The notes: generated by a model from the letters alone, not told the origin. Shown: positions 13,641 through 25,605, counted from the stretch's first letter. The stretch is DNA of 64,000 nt from Trichosphaerium sp. ATCC 40318 (GCA_038496445.1 JALMLS010000197.1:1-64000), one strand, 5' to 3'. A program made the numbers and translations.

Positions 13641-15717
13641 TCAAGGTATGCAAATACCAACAGAAGCGTATATGTTGGTGTTGTATACTGGATTACCGAA
13701 TCTATCAAATCTTCCAAACAATCCACTAAACAAAAAAGTATTTTAGAGGAAAACTAGCTTGAGATAACTGTTAATTACCTTATCCTGTATCCACTTCCGG
13801 TATTAGCAACTCGTACACTCTCAAATCCAGGGAGGGCACTTATTTGGTAAACCATATTCTAAGATAATCATTAAGGGAGGAAGAGAAAAAAGACGAAAAA
13901 GGCAAAAAAGGCAAAAAAGAAAGAAAAGAAAGAAAAAAAAGAGAATACGCTACGCACGTTGAAGACGATTAAACCTTGGCTGACGCTTGATGATGACAAA
14001 ACAAAGTTTGGTGCAGATCCAGTGATACTCACATTGCTATTTATGAGAGGTAAGAAACAAAAATAGATACTAGTTCTTTCAGGCACTTACTCAAAGATAA
14101 TTTGAACAGATCCTAAACTGTTGCTTTCACGAATAGTTCCAACATCGACACCACCATTTACAAAACCAGATACTTGTATTGTGCCTTGAACAGCATCGAA
14201 AGATACTTTGACATTTTGTGCTACACATGAGAATGTCACAGGATTCTAAAAAGCAAAAGAGTCAACAAAGAAAGAAGGTTAAAAAGTGAATACTAAAAAA
14301 GCTTGTAGGTTTTACCTGTCCTGGATTGTCCAATCGGAAACAGTACGTTGGTGGTGCTTCTGGTCCTGAAGTGTCTGCTAATGCATATGTCCCTGTCGGG
14401 AATACACCTCCTATAAGACTGAAAGGACTACATCCTGAAACAGGAGCATTTGTAGGTGCATTAGTTGGAGATGCTGTTTGAACAGGTGCGTTTGTTGGTG
14501 GTTGTGTTGGTGGAGGGAAAGGAGCATTCGTTGGTGGTGCTGTGGGAGGAGTCACTGGAGCGTTTGTTGGTGAAAGCGTAGGTGGGACTGTAGGTGCTGC
14601 GAAAGGAGCATTCGTAGGTGGTTGTGTTGGTGGAGGGAAAGGAGCATTCGTAGGCGGCTGTGTAGGTGGAGGTACCGGAGCATTTGTAGGAGAAGCAACC
14701 GGCGCATTTGTAGGAGGTTGTGTCGGTGGAGGAACTGGTGCGTTCGTCGGAGGTGCGACAGGAGCGTTTGTAGGTGGTTGTGTAGGTGGAGGTACTGGAG
14801 CATTCGTAGGAGAAGCGACCGGCGCATTTGTTGGAGGTTGTGTAGGTGGAGGAACAGGTGCATTAGTAGGTGATTGTTGAGCGGATACTGCGCCAACGAA
14901 GTCATCCAAGCCTGTTGTTTGTTAGGGTTTAAACTTCTTTATGTAAATAAACCGTACGGTAAGCCACTGCTGTGCTGACTTGTATTGAGACTTGATTAAA
15001 AGCTTGATCTCCAGGATCAACTGATATCATATTATAAGATCCCATGAAGGCACCTCCAACAAGCGACGTTACAATACTTTGAAAACCTGTATTGGTGTTC
15101 CTCACAACTACTGTAAGAGGTACAGATATATCATAAGCTGTAACAATACAGTCAGAATAAGAGAGAACGAAGAAACAATGAAGAAAAAACGGACCTGAGA
15201 ATCCGAAATAGTTAAGTGGTTGTGTTAGTGTTACGACTATGGGTGTAGTATCCGTGAATGACTTTACGATATCAACAGGACGAGATACAATAACAGGTAG
15301 GCTTATAGGAGTAGTAGCGACTTGGAAAGTGCCTGAAATAGACCCAAAGCTAAATGGTAATACCGGACCTTGTCCAGGCATGAATCCGGTAAATTGTTCG
15401 ATGCCTAAAGACATTTTAATGGAACTGCTAAGTTTTTTGTTAAAGAATCTTACTAGGATTTATAAGTGTTGATATAAACGTGTCCCTTGATGCTATGGTG
15501 TTTGTAAATAGTCCAGTAAGCAATACATTATCAACAGCGCTTGAAGTTATCGTAATACATGAAATAAACGTGACTTGTAAACACAGGATGATCAAAATCG
15601 CCTTTGCTTGAAAATACGAGGGTGAGGAGTTGAGATATCACGTGATTTTTAACAAAACGAACCCACACGTGTGTGGATTGAGTTATATGATGGCGTACAT
15701 ATATCCTTGAGATACAT
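13641..15717 (-). CDS. Secreted or surface mucin-like protein with a central Pro/Thr repeat linker, multi-exon
   Basis: Spliced N-terminus MYLKDISKAILIILCLQVTFISC resembles a signal peptide; beta-rich domains flank (PTNAPVPPPTQPPTNAPVAS)n; TGA at 13641. Confidence 0.75.
14440..14875. repeat. Coding tandem repeat, ~60-nt unit with 24- and 36-nt subunits
   Basis: Recurrent ggagcatttgtaggtgg/ggttgtgtaggtggagg encoding PTNAP/PPTQP on the minus strand. Confidence 0.9.
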
Positions 15718-16266
15718 AGGAAAGACCTTTTGCGTTTAAACTCGGATTTTGTTAGGAACTTTGTTCACGTGAAAATAAAAACGAAAAGAAGTGATTTTTC
15801 TGAAGTTAAGGCCGCCTTTAAACTATTTTGCAGTATTTGTAGTGAAGTTTGTGGAAATCATATGTTTCATAGAGTCTCTATGGAGTTCTAAAGAACGTTT
15901 GTAGTTTTTTAGCAACGGCCTAAAAGGAAACTACATGCCTCTCGCAATGCATGGATTTCGTTGTTACTGAACCTTATTTAGCTAGTTGTAGTAATTAATT
16001 CTTAGTACTTTACTTAAACACCGAATCCTACGGTACATCTCTTTTCCACTACTGATTGGACTTCAGCATCTGCAGCATTGATATAGGTTGCCCATACCAC
16101 CCTTTGCCCTCGCCATGGTTTTTACCATCAACCTACATAGCATGATACGTTAGTTCGTAAACTAGTTGGGCTGCAACTGTGCCGAAGCTGTTTTACATGG
16201 TTTTTTTTGTAAACAATTGCCAATGACCTAGCTTGCGTCTTTTTTATCTTTTTTTCCCAGCGTTCT

Positions 16267-16365
16267 AAGTCTTAGAATTCTGTCATAAGCGAGAATACTA
16301 AACAACTCATATTTCTCGCCTCCAATCATGAATTTTCCTGGTGTTTCGCTTGAACAAGTACTAGA
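16267..16365 (+). repeat. Left arm of a 99-bp inverted repeat (partner 18516..18614)
   Basis: Its reverse complement matches 18516..18614 at 90 of 99 positions by hand alignment; it contains the ATG at 16328. Confidence 0.92.
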
Positions 16366-16989
16366 TGGTACAGTTAGAACGTGGAATGACAACGGCCTAT
16401 TGACACAACAAGTTGCCACTATTCAGAAGGGACTGTATGACATTTAATAGCAATGTGCCAAGGCAAGCTGGAAGGCAACACAAAGTCTCGCAATAGTCTA
16501 GAAATCGAGGTTCTCCAACATTACGTCAACGGTAAGAGGGAGGGAGAATACAACTCTTGGTATTAAAATGGCAATATGAAAGAAACTATTATGTAAATAA
16601 TTTACAGTATGGAGAGTTCAAGATGTGGCATGAGAATGGTCAATTGTATCAAAACTGGAACTGCATACATGGCATACGGGATGGAGTTTGCAAAAGTTGG
16701 TATATGGCTGGAAAATGGCCAATTGAGTGAGCAATATTTTTATGTCAATGGTAAAATAGAAGGGGAATGCAAGAAGTGGTATGCGAGTGGCCAGCTACAT
16801 TCACAATGCCACTACATTAACGGTAAGCGTACATGGCGTCTTGTAAAGTAGTTTGAATCCGGTAAAGTAAGTGAGTATTGCAACTATATCAATGATATAC
16901 GTGAAGGGGAGTGTGATGTATCAGAGAAAAGGAGACAAACCTGTGGTTTCTTATTATAAAATGGAAAATTGGTTTCCAGTGAACCATAA
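16328..16989 (+). pseudogene. Intronless MORN-variant (YwqK-like) repeat pseudogene
   Basis: Repeats YVNGKREGEYNSWY*NG, GEFKMWHENGQL, YVNGKIEGECKKWYASGQL and YINGKR, interrupted by stops and several frameshifts. Confidence 0.85.
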
Positions 16990-17017
16990 ACAGTTCTAAT
17001 TTTATTTTGTAATATTA

Positions 17018-18231
17018 TTAATAACAGTGTGCTGGTGTACTACACCATTGTAAGCACATTGAATTTTTAATAAATTCAGTGTTATCCTCGACGACTATAC
17101 ATGTTCTGTGTGAAATTGGCGTATCATAGTACTTGCTCACTATTCTAAGCCCTTGTATTGCTTCAATGCCTTCACTTGTCAGGTGGTCACAATCACTAAC
17201 ACCAATGGCGCGTAAACCTATCAATGATTTGATGCCTTCATCAGTCACTGATGTACCTTCAAGGTTAATGAATAAACACCAACAAGTGCTTTGATACCTT
17301 CATCTGTCACTGAAGTGCGGGCAAGGTCAATAGCATGAACACCCGCTAGTGCTTTGATACCTTTATCTGTCACTGAAGTATCTCCAAGGTGAATAGTATG
17401 CACTCCTGCAAGAGCTTTGATACCTTCATCTGTTACTGCCGTTTCATCAAGGAAGATGGTATGAATACCTGCAAGTGCTTTGATACCCTCATCTGTAACT
17501 GACGTTCCAGAAAGGCAAATGGCATGAACAACCTGAAGAGATTTGAGACATTTGTCTGTTACTGAAGTGTTAGCAAGACTGATAGTATGTACCCCACTGA
17601 GTGCCTTGATACCTTCATCTGTCACATTTGGACAAAAATTAAGGTCAATTGAATGAGCACCTGATAGGGCTTTGATACCTTCGTCTGCTACGTTTTTACA
17701 GCCAGTGAGGCGTACACAATGAGCACCTGCAAGGGCCTTGACACCGTCACTTGATACTGAAGTATAAGATATGTCAATTGTATGAACACCAGCCAATGCC
17801 TTGATACCTTCGTCTGACACATTTGGACATTTATTGAGGAAAATGGAGTGTACACCAGCAAGCTCTTTTAGATCGTTATCATTGATTAAACTTCTTTCTC
17901 TGAATGACTCAATTATTCTTGTTGCAAAAGTTGTATCAATATTACGACATCCAGACAGCAACGAAAACATTGTGTTGTTCTTTACTTTCATAACAACAGT
18001 AGTGTTGTTCATGATACCCTTGTACTGTCGAATCCTTAGAATGTCTGGAATATCATAAATAAAAATCTTGTCATATCCAACAACATCGTGGATGATATCG
18101 GACATTAAACGACATGATTGAGCTACACAGAATTTTGTTTTTGCTTCTGTGTAATAAACAATATTGGAAATAACCTCTGGTGGGAAGTTGAGAATGTCTA
18201 TCATTTTGTGTGTTCTCTTCTCTCTGTCCAT
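17018..18231 (-). pseudogene. Intronless F-box-like + LRR gene with a single frameshift near 17270 (pseudogene or sequence error)
   Basis: N-terminus ILNFPPEVISNIVYY...VAQSCRLM; about 10 repeats of L..T.VTDEGIKALAGVH.I; the repeat continues in ORF 17018..17248 after a 1-nt shift. Confidence 0.8.
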
Positions 18232-18553
18232 TGTTAGTGAGGCTACAGCAGCTTATAGCGTACGTTTTTATGCGCTTTTGTAACTCTGGAGCCTCAAGTT
18301 GTAACAGATTTAGCAACTGAGGTTCTGTCGAGTGTATTTTACGCAGTGTGATTGTTTTAGCAATTCTTTCTGCATTGTTGAACAGGTACTGGTCGAGTTG
18401 TAGTACAAAGTTGGTGTTTGCAATGGTTAAGATTCTTTCAAGCTGGTTTGTGAATGTTTTACGGTGCTCAGTACCGATTTTATTGAAAACTACTGCATGG
18501 TACTTGACATAGTACTCTAGTACTTGTTCAACTGAAACACCAGGAAAAGTCAT
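18071..18553 (-). CDS. Intronless hypothetical ORF starting MTFPGVSVEQVL, overlapping the F-box/LRR start
   Basis: 160-aa ORF whose first 12 codons are paralogous to the start of the MORN pseudogene (MNFPGVSLEQVL). Confidence 0.5.
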   Translation of the reverse strand: MTFPGVSVEQVLEYYVKYHAVVFNKIGTEHRKTFTNQLERILTIANTNFVLQLDQYLFNNAERIAKTITLRKIHSTEPQLLNLLQLEAPELQKRIKTYAISCCSLTNNGQREENTQNDRHSQLPTRGYFQYCLLHRSKNKILCSSIMSFNVRYHPRCCWI

Positions 18554-18614
18554 GATTGGAGGCGAGAAATATTAGTTGTTTAGTATTCTCACTTATAAAA
18601 GAATGGTAAGACTT
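18516..18614 (-). repeat. Right arm of the 99-bp inverted repeat (partner 16267..16365)
   Basis: Direct alignment with the left arm; contains the ATG at 18553. Confidence 0.92.
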
Positions 18615-18677
18615 AAACGAAACGCTAACTTCAAAGGGCAATCCCTATCTTTTGTTGCAACTTGGCACATTAATTAA

Positions 18678-18895
18678 CGCAGGAATTGACCCGGATTTTC
18701 GACAAAACAGATTACCGAAATCAGGCTTTTCAGTTCGTCGTAGTCATAACCTGAACAATTTCTATGCCTCAATATTTGGTAAAATGGATACCGTTAGGTG
18801 AATCAAATATTTGTTGCTTGTTACAATGTACTGAATGCTCATAGTGAGTAGAAAATTAGACAAAAAAATGAGATAATCCTGGTCAATTCCGCACG
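18678..18895. mobile_element. Putative MITE with ~20-bp TIRs flanked by TTAA
   Basis: TTAA|CGCAGGAATTGACCCGGATT...AATCCTGGTCAATTCCGCACG|TTAA; no coding capacity. Confidence 0.6.
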
Positions 18896-19296
18896 TTAAA
18901 TACCGTCCATAGAAGTTAATACCATTTAGTCACTTATTGTTTGGTACGTAAAAAAAGTGTCAGTTTTAGCTCAAGTGCGACCAACTTATCATACTATGTG
19001 GTTGATGGTAAACAACGCGGAGGTACCAAAGGTTGGTATGAGAATGGGCAGCCAGAGTACCAAAACAACCAGTCACAGTAGAGGGAAAGACAACTTCGAA
19101 TACTTTCGGCTTCAGTTTTAGGTGAGTGAATAAGAATGGCACAACAACATCAAAAGGTACTGTCCATACTTGCTAAACTTACTAATCTAGTTCTCATAAG
19201 TATCCGAGCTCTGCTACTGGCAAGGCAGCATCGCGAAACATGGTGAGTTTTCAATGCTAGTTAGATTCACGCGTTCTTGTTGATCTATAATACCAG

Positions 19297-19405
19297 TAGA
19301 GATGGCAGAAATACCAGTCCGAACCGGTTCCGGACCGAAACGCAAAGGACCGGTCTGTAAACGGTCCGCTGTCGAAGGGAGTACCCTTGGTATTTGCCAC
19401 CTCTA
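19297..19405. mobile_element. 109-bp hAT-like MITE
   Basis: TIRs TAGAGATGGCAGAAATACC / GGTATTTGCCACCTCTA; 8-bp flanks AATACCAG (19289-96) and CATACCAG (19406-13) match at 7 of 8; GC-rich internal GGACCG/CGGTCC repeats. Confidence 0.75.
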
Positions 19406-19648
19406 CATACCAGATTGGAGGAGAATACGTCTCACTCAGCTTCGATCCCCTGGATCATGTAGCCAGAGAACCTTCCCATTTATTAACTTGGAGTTATCTC
19501 TGGTAATATACAACAAATTACATAAATCAATCGAAGCATTCAATCAATCAGCACAGAACTTTTTTAATCGTAACCTGCCATTGTAGAACTTTATTTGTAC
19601 TGTCCTTTTACCACACTTTGACCGGTGTGTAATAGGATCGTACTGGAC

Positions 19649-22280
19649 ATGTTTCGCATCGCATTACTAGCATTGTTAGTGTCATTGGTGCTTTTAGCTG
19701 CTTCTCAAAAGCCACCAAAACCCCACGTGGTATTCCTTTTGATAGATGACTACGGTTGGGCTAATGTTGGTTACCATAGGTACATAAGCCCATTAGCAAC
19801 TGTTTTGTTAAATGCTGAACGTTGTTTATTTCGTACACAGTAGAAACCACTATTTGTTTTGCGTAGGGCAAATATTAGTGTAGAAAAGTTTTTCGAACAA
19901 GTTTGTTTTCAGGCGTGAACAACAAACAGTCTAAAGTTTATACACGTTGTGCATTAGATATAGTGCAATACGTTCAAGTGGCTAACTTTGATTTTTGTTG
20001 TACACATGTTGACATTTCATTGAGCGGATACAAAGAAATGCCGCTGAAACACGTGCTTTTTTTTTTTACACAAACAAAAGTATCACTAATAACTATCTTG
20101 TAGGAACCCGCCAACAAAAGAGGTTCAAACACCAAACATTGACGCACTAGTTTCTGAAGGTATTGAACTCGATAGGCACTATGTGTTCAAGGTACCTAAC
20201 TCTCTTTTTTTCTTTTTTGGAAGAAAAAGCCGTTAACTTTTCTTGCCGTTTGGCGTCATGCTTTGTAATGTAGTTTTTAGTACTGTTCTCCTACACGTTC
20301 AGCCGTACAATCAGGAAGAAATCCTATCCACGTTAACGTCTTAAATATACCGCCAAGCTACTACAATGCTACTGATCCTGTATCTGGTTTCCAAGGTATT
20401 CCAAGGAACATGACAGGCATTGCAGAGAAAATGAAGAGCGCAGGTTATGCTACTCACATGGCTGGAAAGTGGTACGTCACGTATAAATAATCAATGTGTC
20501 TTAACAGTTTACTAGGGACGCCGGAATGGTATATCTTTTTACTTGTTTTTTTTGTTACTTATAGAACTTAAGGCTACTCCCGATCACTCACCCCATGGTA
20601 GAGGATATCAAACAAGTTTACATTACTTCCACCACGCTAATGACTACTGGACGTACGTTCAAGATTATTTTAACAAACTTCAGGAGTAAACCTTTCCCTT
20701 TCTTTACAATATTGTTCATACTATACTTTAGGTATGAGACTGGGCGCTGTTCAAGTGAGAACATTGTTGATCTTTGGCATACCGATGAACCAGCACGAGC
20801 ACTTACGAATCCACATACTTGTAGTCAAAAAAATCAAGCAAGCGATTGCGTTTATGAAGATGCTCTATTTGAACAGCATGTTTTTGATGTTTTAGATAAT
20901 CATGATCCATCTACACCTCTCTTCCTATTCTGGGCACCTCACTCTATTCATGCTCCCCTAGAGGCACCTATACACAAGTGAAGTATTATGACTAATCAAA
21001 CAACATACTAGGTGCCACAAGAGTACGTTGACAAGTTCTCCTTCATTGACAAACAACCAAGACAAATGTATCATGTACGATTGTTACTACTAAATTTTAC
21101 TTTTTGTCTGCTAATACGATTGTGAAGGCTATGGTCAATTTCATTGATTCACGTATTGGTATAATCGTGAATAAGCTTAAAGAGAAAGGCATGTACGACG
21201 ATACTTTAATAGTCATGTCAGCAGACAACGGAGGACCAATTTATAAAAATGGTAAACAAAAAGCACGTGTACAACTTTGTTAACCTAAGTCCTAAAGGTT
21301 CTGCTGGAGCAAATAATTGGCCTTTAAGAGGAGGTAAAATGAGTAACTTTGAAGGAGGTGTAAGAGTAAATGCTTTCGCATCCGGAGGTCTAGTAAGTAG
21401 TCAATTCCAAAAATCAATAAAACCCTATTAGAATTGCTTACTTATAAGTTTTTTAGATACCCAAAGAACGGAGAGGTACTAAAGAAGAAGGCTATATTTG
21501 TGGATGGGATTGGTATGCAACATTCTGTCATATAGCTGGTGTCGATCCTACGGATGAAAAAGCCGCTAAAGGTACCTACATCAGAATAGGTTTTTGCTAA
21601 GCTTTTTTAAAGCGAACTTGCCTCCGATAGACTCATTCAACATGTGGCCTTTACTATCTGGACAGACAAAGACGAGCCCACGTAATGTGATTCCTCTTGG
21701 GAGCCCAGACCCACCTGGCCAGTATCAAAACATGGTACCAACAACGGTAAACGGTATAATAGTTGGTGACTGGAAGGTAAGAAGGAATTTATAAAAAAAG
21801 TAGTTTAACAAACTGTAGCTCCTTGTTGGGGATATAACTCAAGATTCATGGACTGGTCCACAGTACCCCAATATTACAACGAATTGGATATCTGAAGACC
21901 ATTACCTATCTTGTGGAACTAGAGGATGTCTCTTTAATATTAAGAACGGTACGTGTCATAAACGAAGACACCCTATTGCCCAAACTTTCTCTTTTTTTTC
22001 AAAATATGTTGCCAGTTTTTTTACGCTGCGCTGTTTAAAGTTACACGTAAAGTGTCCATATGCTATTTCTTTGATAATGTTGAACTTTAATTTCTTTGTA
22101 GATCCAACAGAACACGTGGACTTAGCAAGTCAGGAACCTGCAATACTCTCTGAATTGCATACACATCTAAAAAAAGCCCAAGCGTCAGTTTTTAGCCCTC
22201 ACAGAGGAACAAATTCACCAAAAGCATGCGAAGACGCTCTTAACAAATATAAAGGGTATTGGGGTCCTTTCATAGAATAA
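19649..22280 (+). CDS. Secreted or lysosomal arylsulfatase (ARSB-like), multi-exon
   Basis: Signal peptide, KPHVVFLLIDDYGW, TPNIDAL, formylglycine motif YCSPTRSAVQSGR, GYATHMAGKWDAG, HAPLEVP, ADNGG, NNWPLRGGK..NFEGGVRV, DWYATF, YWGPF. Confidence 0.93.
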
Positions 22281-22962
22281 AACTCCTGACGCATCGCGTC
22301 ACCTACCTTAAAAAAAAAACGTTGTTACTTGGTGTATGAATGAAGCATGAAGTTTACGACATTCAGACAATTGTTTACCTCAGTTGGGTTCTGTATCAAA
22401 AAACCAAAACAAATAGTTGTGTCCAATCCATTTCGTTTCAGTAGAGTTTTGTCCAAACGTGACTCAATCAGTAACTTTTGTAGCATGAGCAAAAATAACA
22501 AATAGAAAAGTGGGAATAGTCACGTGTTTTTGCGTATCATATTGCTACGACCTGGGACGCGACTGCGCTCACAAAATACGCTTGGTATAACATTGGCACT
22601 TTAATATTGGTACGGGTTGCAACCACGTCCAAGTTGGAAAAAACAGAAAAAGAACAGGTGAAAAATGTTTCGAAGAAGCAAAAAAGTTGATTACAAATGG
22701 CATGACACTTTGATTATCACTTTAAACTGGATGAGAATAAAACAGTGTAATTTATGATTAATCGCAACTGAACTGACATTGATCGTTGATTCATAGAAAA
22801 TACAGCATAGCTATTGATTTAATCTTTTTTTTTTGGATTTTTTTTTTTTTGGAGTCACATATCTACAAGTGTTTTACAATTTTTTGAGGACACAAACAAC
22901 AAATACGGATTTCGTGGTGTGGCCTTTTTTATCTCTTTTGATCTCTCGTTTCGTTTTTTTGT

Positions 22963-25157
22963 TTAAACGAGGTCGGTAGCGCCATAAGGCATCATTTTAT
23001 CAATTGTATCTTTCAAAAGTAACTTTTTTACAGCATCAAAAACGTGCCTAATGCTTGTAGGATCGACTGCGCATGTGACATAAGGATCAAATAATTTTTT
23101 GTTATTTTGGGCAAATTTTGATTTGTATAGATCACCAATAAACTTAATAGCAGATGCAAAGTCTTTTCCACCAGTATATGCATTATGGTATAAATTTATA
23201 TCGCTCGTAGCAATCTTTTGTTTGAAAATATCGCTTTTGTTCAAGAATAGAATAAAGCTCGTTTCTTTAAACCTAAAAAAACGTGCACAATTGAGAACAA
23301 CGTTTACTAAAGAATAACCAAAAAAAAAACAAAAAAAACCCAAGCTTCACAAGTCGCCAGTAGCGAGCGAGTCAATGTAAGTCTTGTGGTTTTTTTGATT
23401 GGAATAAATTTTCGAATTCGCATTAGCTGTTATTATCGTACCAGTGTGACGCAGTTATTTCGTTGAACAGTTTCAGTGACTCTGACATCCGATTTGTTTT
23501 GCCATCCTCTTCCAAAGTCAAGTCATCTACGCGCGTAGAGTAAGTACACATAATAAAAACAGAACAATGAAGCGAATTTTAATACGTACAAGCATCAAGC
23601 GAAGCCAAAAATATAACTGCTGTAACGTTTTCAAAACAATGAAACCATTTCCCTTTATAAAATATTAAAATAATACCGTATATAACAGTGTACACCTAAG
23701 ACAATACAAACGAACATAGTAAAAAATAAAACAATAAAAGAAGGTCCCCAAAAAAAAAAAATAATTAAAAGAGAAAAATTAAACATCGTTGTATGTATTA
23801 CATATCCTGATATTACGTACTTCGCTCGGTTCTTTGGCCACCAACATCGACCATATTAAATTCTAAATTACCAGCGCTAAGAGTACAAGGTTAAAAAAAA
23901 TACTAGCCAAACAATATGGCCAAAACAAAACACATTAGAGCTTTTCAAAAAAAAAAAAGAAAAAAAAAGAAAAATGGGGTAGAAACGCACGTGAATTGTG
24001 TTTCTTTAATGCCTGTAGTCTTTATCTTTGCTCTAACAACATCTGCCTCTGTAGGCACAAATGATGCATCCGCGAAACGGTTCGCGTTGTCAAAATAACT
24101 ATTAACCTTAGTTAACAAAAGACTTGTATTGGAGAAGAAACGCCAAAAACGTCATCGGTAAAAAAAATCAAAAACTCGCTTCCTGACGGACAAAATAATA
24201 TTCCTTTCTTCGCATAATAATATACTTACTAGTCCGATTGACATCCAAGGCGAGGGAGTTCGCTGGCTCTACTATACATTTCCTGTATGCCTTGGTCTTT
24301 CCAAAGGAGGGTTATGGCTTGGCTCACTTGTGGCGTTAAAGATGAGCCTGCACTGAGTACGATGTCCATAGCGGGCTACTACAGTTAGAGCCCTATCCAA
24401 AAAAAAAACCAAAGAACACTCACTACTCGAGTAGCCAAAAAAACAAAAAAAGAAAAAGTACTCGACATTTACTGCCTTTCCTCGTTCGAGTTTAGGCGTT
24501 AAGGAGTTGTAATTATTTACGCATGTATGGCATTATTATACTGGAACGGCATAAAAACGTACTTGATTGTCGTTACTAATAAAAATGCCGTTATCCAGGC
24601 AGCCGTTTATCATTACGCGCATATTATCTATACAGTTTCTTTGTAGTATGCTCTTGAACTTTTGTAACTCCTCATCACTGAACTGGTCCTGATGTAGCAA
24701 ACGCATCTGTTTTGCTGTACATTTAGTAAGTAACGTGCATATAAAAAGCAGCTTGAACGGCTTTAAATTTCAATGGTATTTTTTAGGCGTTTTGTGGGCT
24801 GTTAGCGCAAGTTAAGAGAATGTACCAAACGTGCTCTTTCCGGCATCCCCAGAGCCTATTTAAATATAAGTAACTATAAACGAACCGTTTTAATACAAAT
24901 TGTAGAGCTTAAAAAACAGTTTTTGATTTTTTTTTTATTTTGGCATGTATTTTGTAATAATAAACACGTCAGGTAATATCCCAACACATCCGGGTTTATT
25001 ATTATTGAATAAAATACCCAAAAAACGTTGTCGCACCCAACAAAAGCAACTTTATTTTTTTATTGTTGGCTTGTTTTTCTTTTTTTAGCTTCCTGTCAAT
25101 GATTCTTGATGTTTTGCGCGATTCTGGGTCGTTAGAGGCTCCCGGACAGCATAACAT
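22963..25157 (-). CDS. Heterotrimeric G-protein alpha subunit (atypical), multi-exon
   Basis: MLCCPGAS...IKLLLLG|SGDAGKSTF|AKQMR, RAKIKTTGI, DVGGQRTERRKW, FLNKSD, TCAVD. Confidence 0.94.
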
Positions 25158-25605
25158 CGCGGTGCTCTACAACCCGCACGTGCCAACCCCTGTAAGGCTA
25201 AAAAGGAGGGCAAACAAGGTGATTTAATGTTTGACGCTTTTTTTTTTCCGAGCACGACTTATTTTGTCAACTAATGTGGCTTATCTTCCTTCCACACTTG
25301 GCAAATATAATGTTGTGCACGTTGGTTTTGCGTAGGCCAGTGTGTACGCAAAATACCAAGCATCCTTTTCATAAAGTCAAGTCCGGTCTCTGTGTCGATG
25401 AGCGCTTTCTTTTCAAACGTTACAATCCTAACACGGAAATATTGGCTTCGGTACTCTGGCATTGTGACCCTTCGAGGATCATGTGACAATCCAATACATT
25501 TCCGAAAATAGGTTTGCAAAATAAACGTGATTTCTAGGCCATGTTTGACTGAACATTTTAACTGATTTTGATTTATCTTGTACGTTAATCGCTACATATA
25601 TAAAC

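Noticed and set aside
14542-14905. Gly-rich and Arg/Cys-rich alternative ORFs, and the array-like look of the 60-nt repeat
   Set aside because: They are shadow frames of the Pro/Thr coding repeat. There are no unique spacers and no cas genes, so this is not CRISPR.
20529-20572. GTATATCTTT donor as a possible U12 intron
   Set aside because: It does not match GTATCCTT and has no U12 branch site. I saw no AT-AC introns in the genes I traced.
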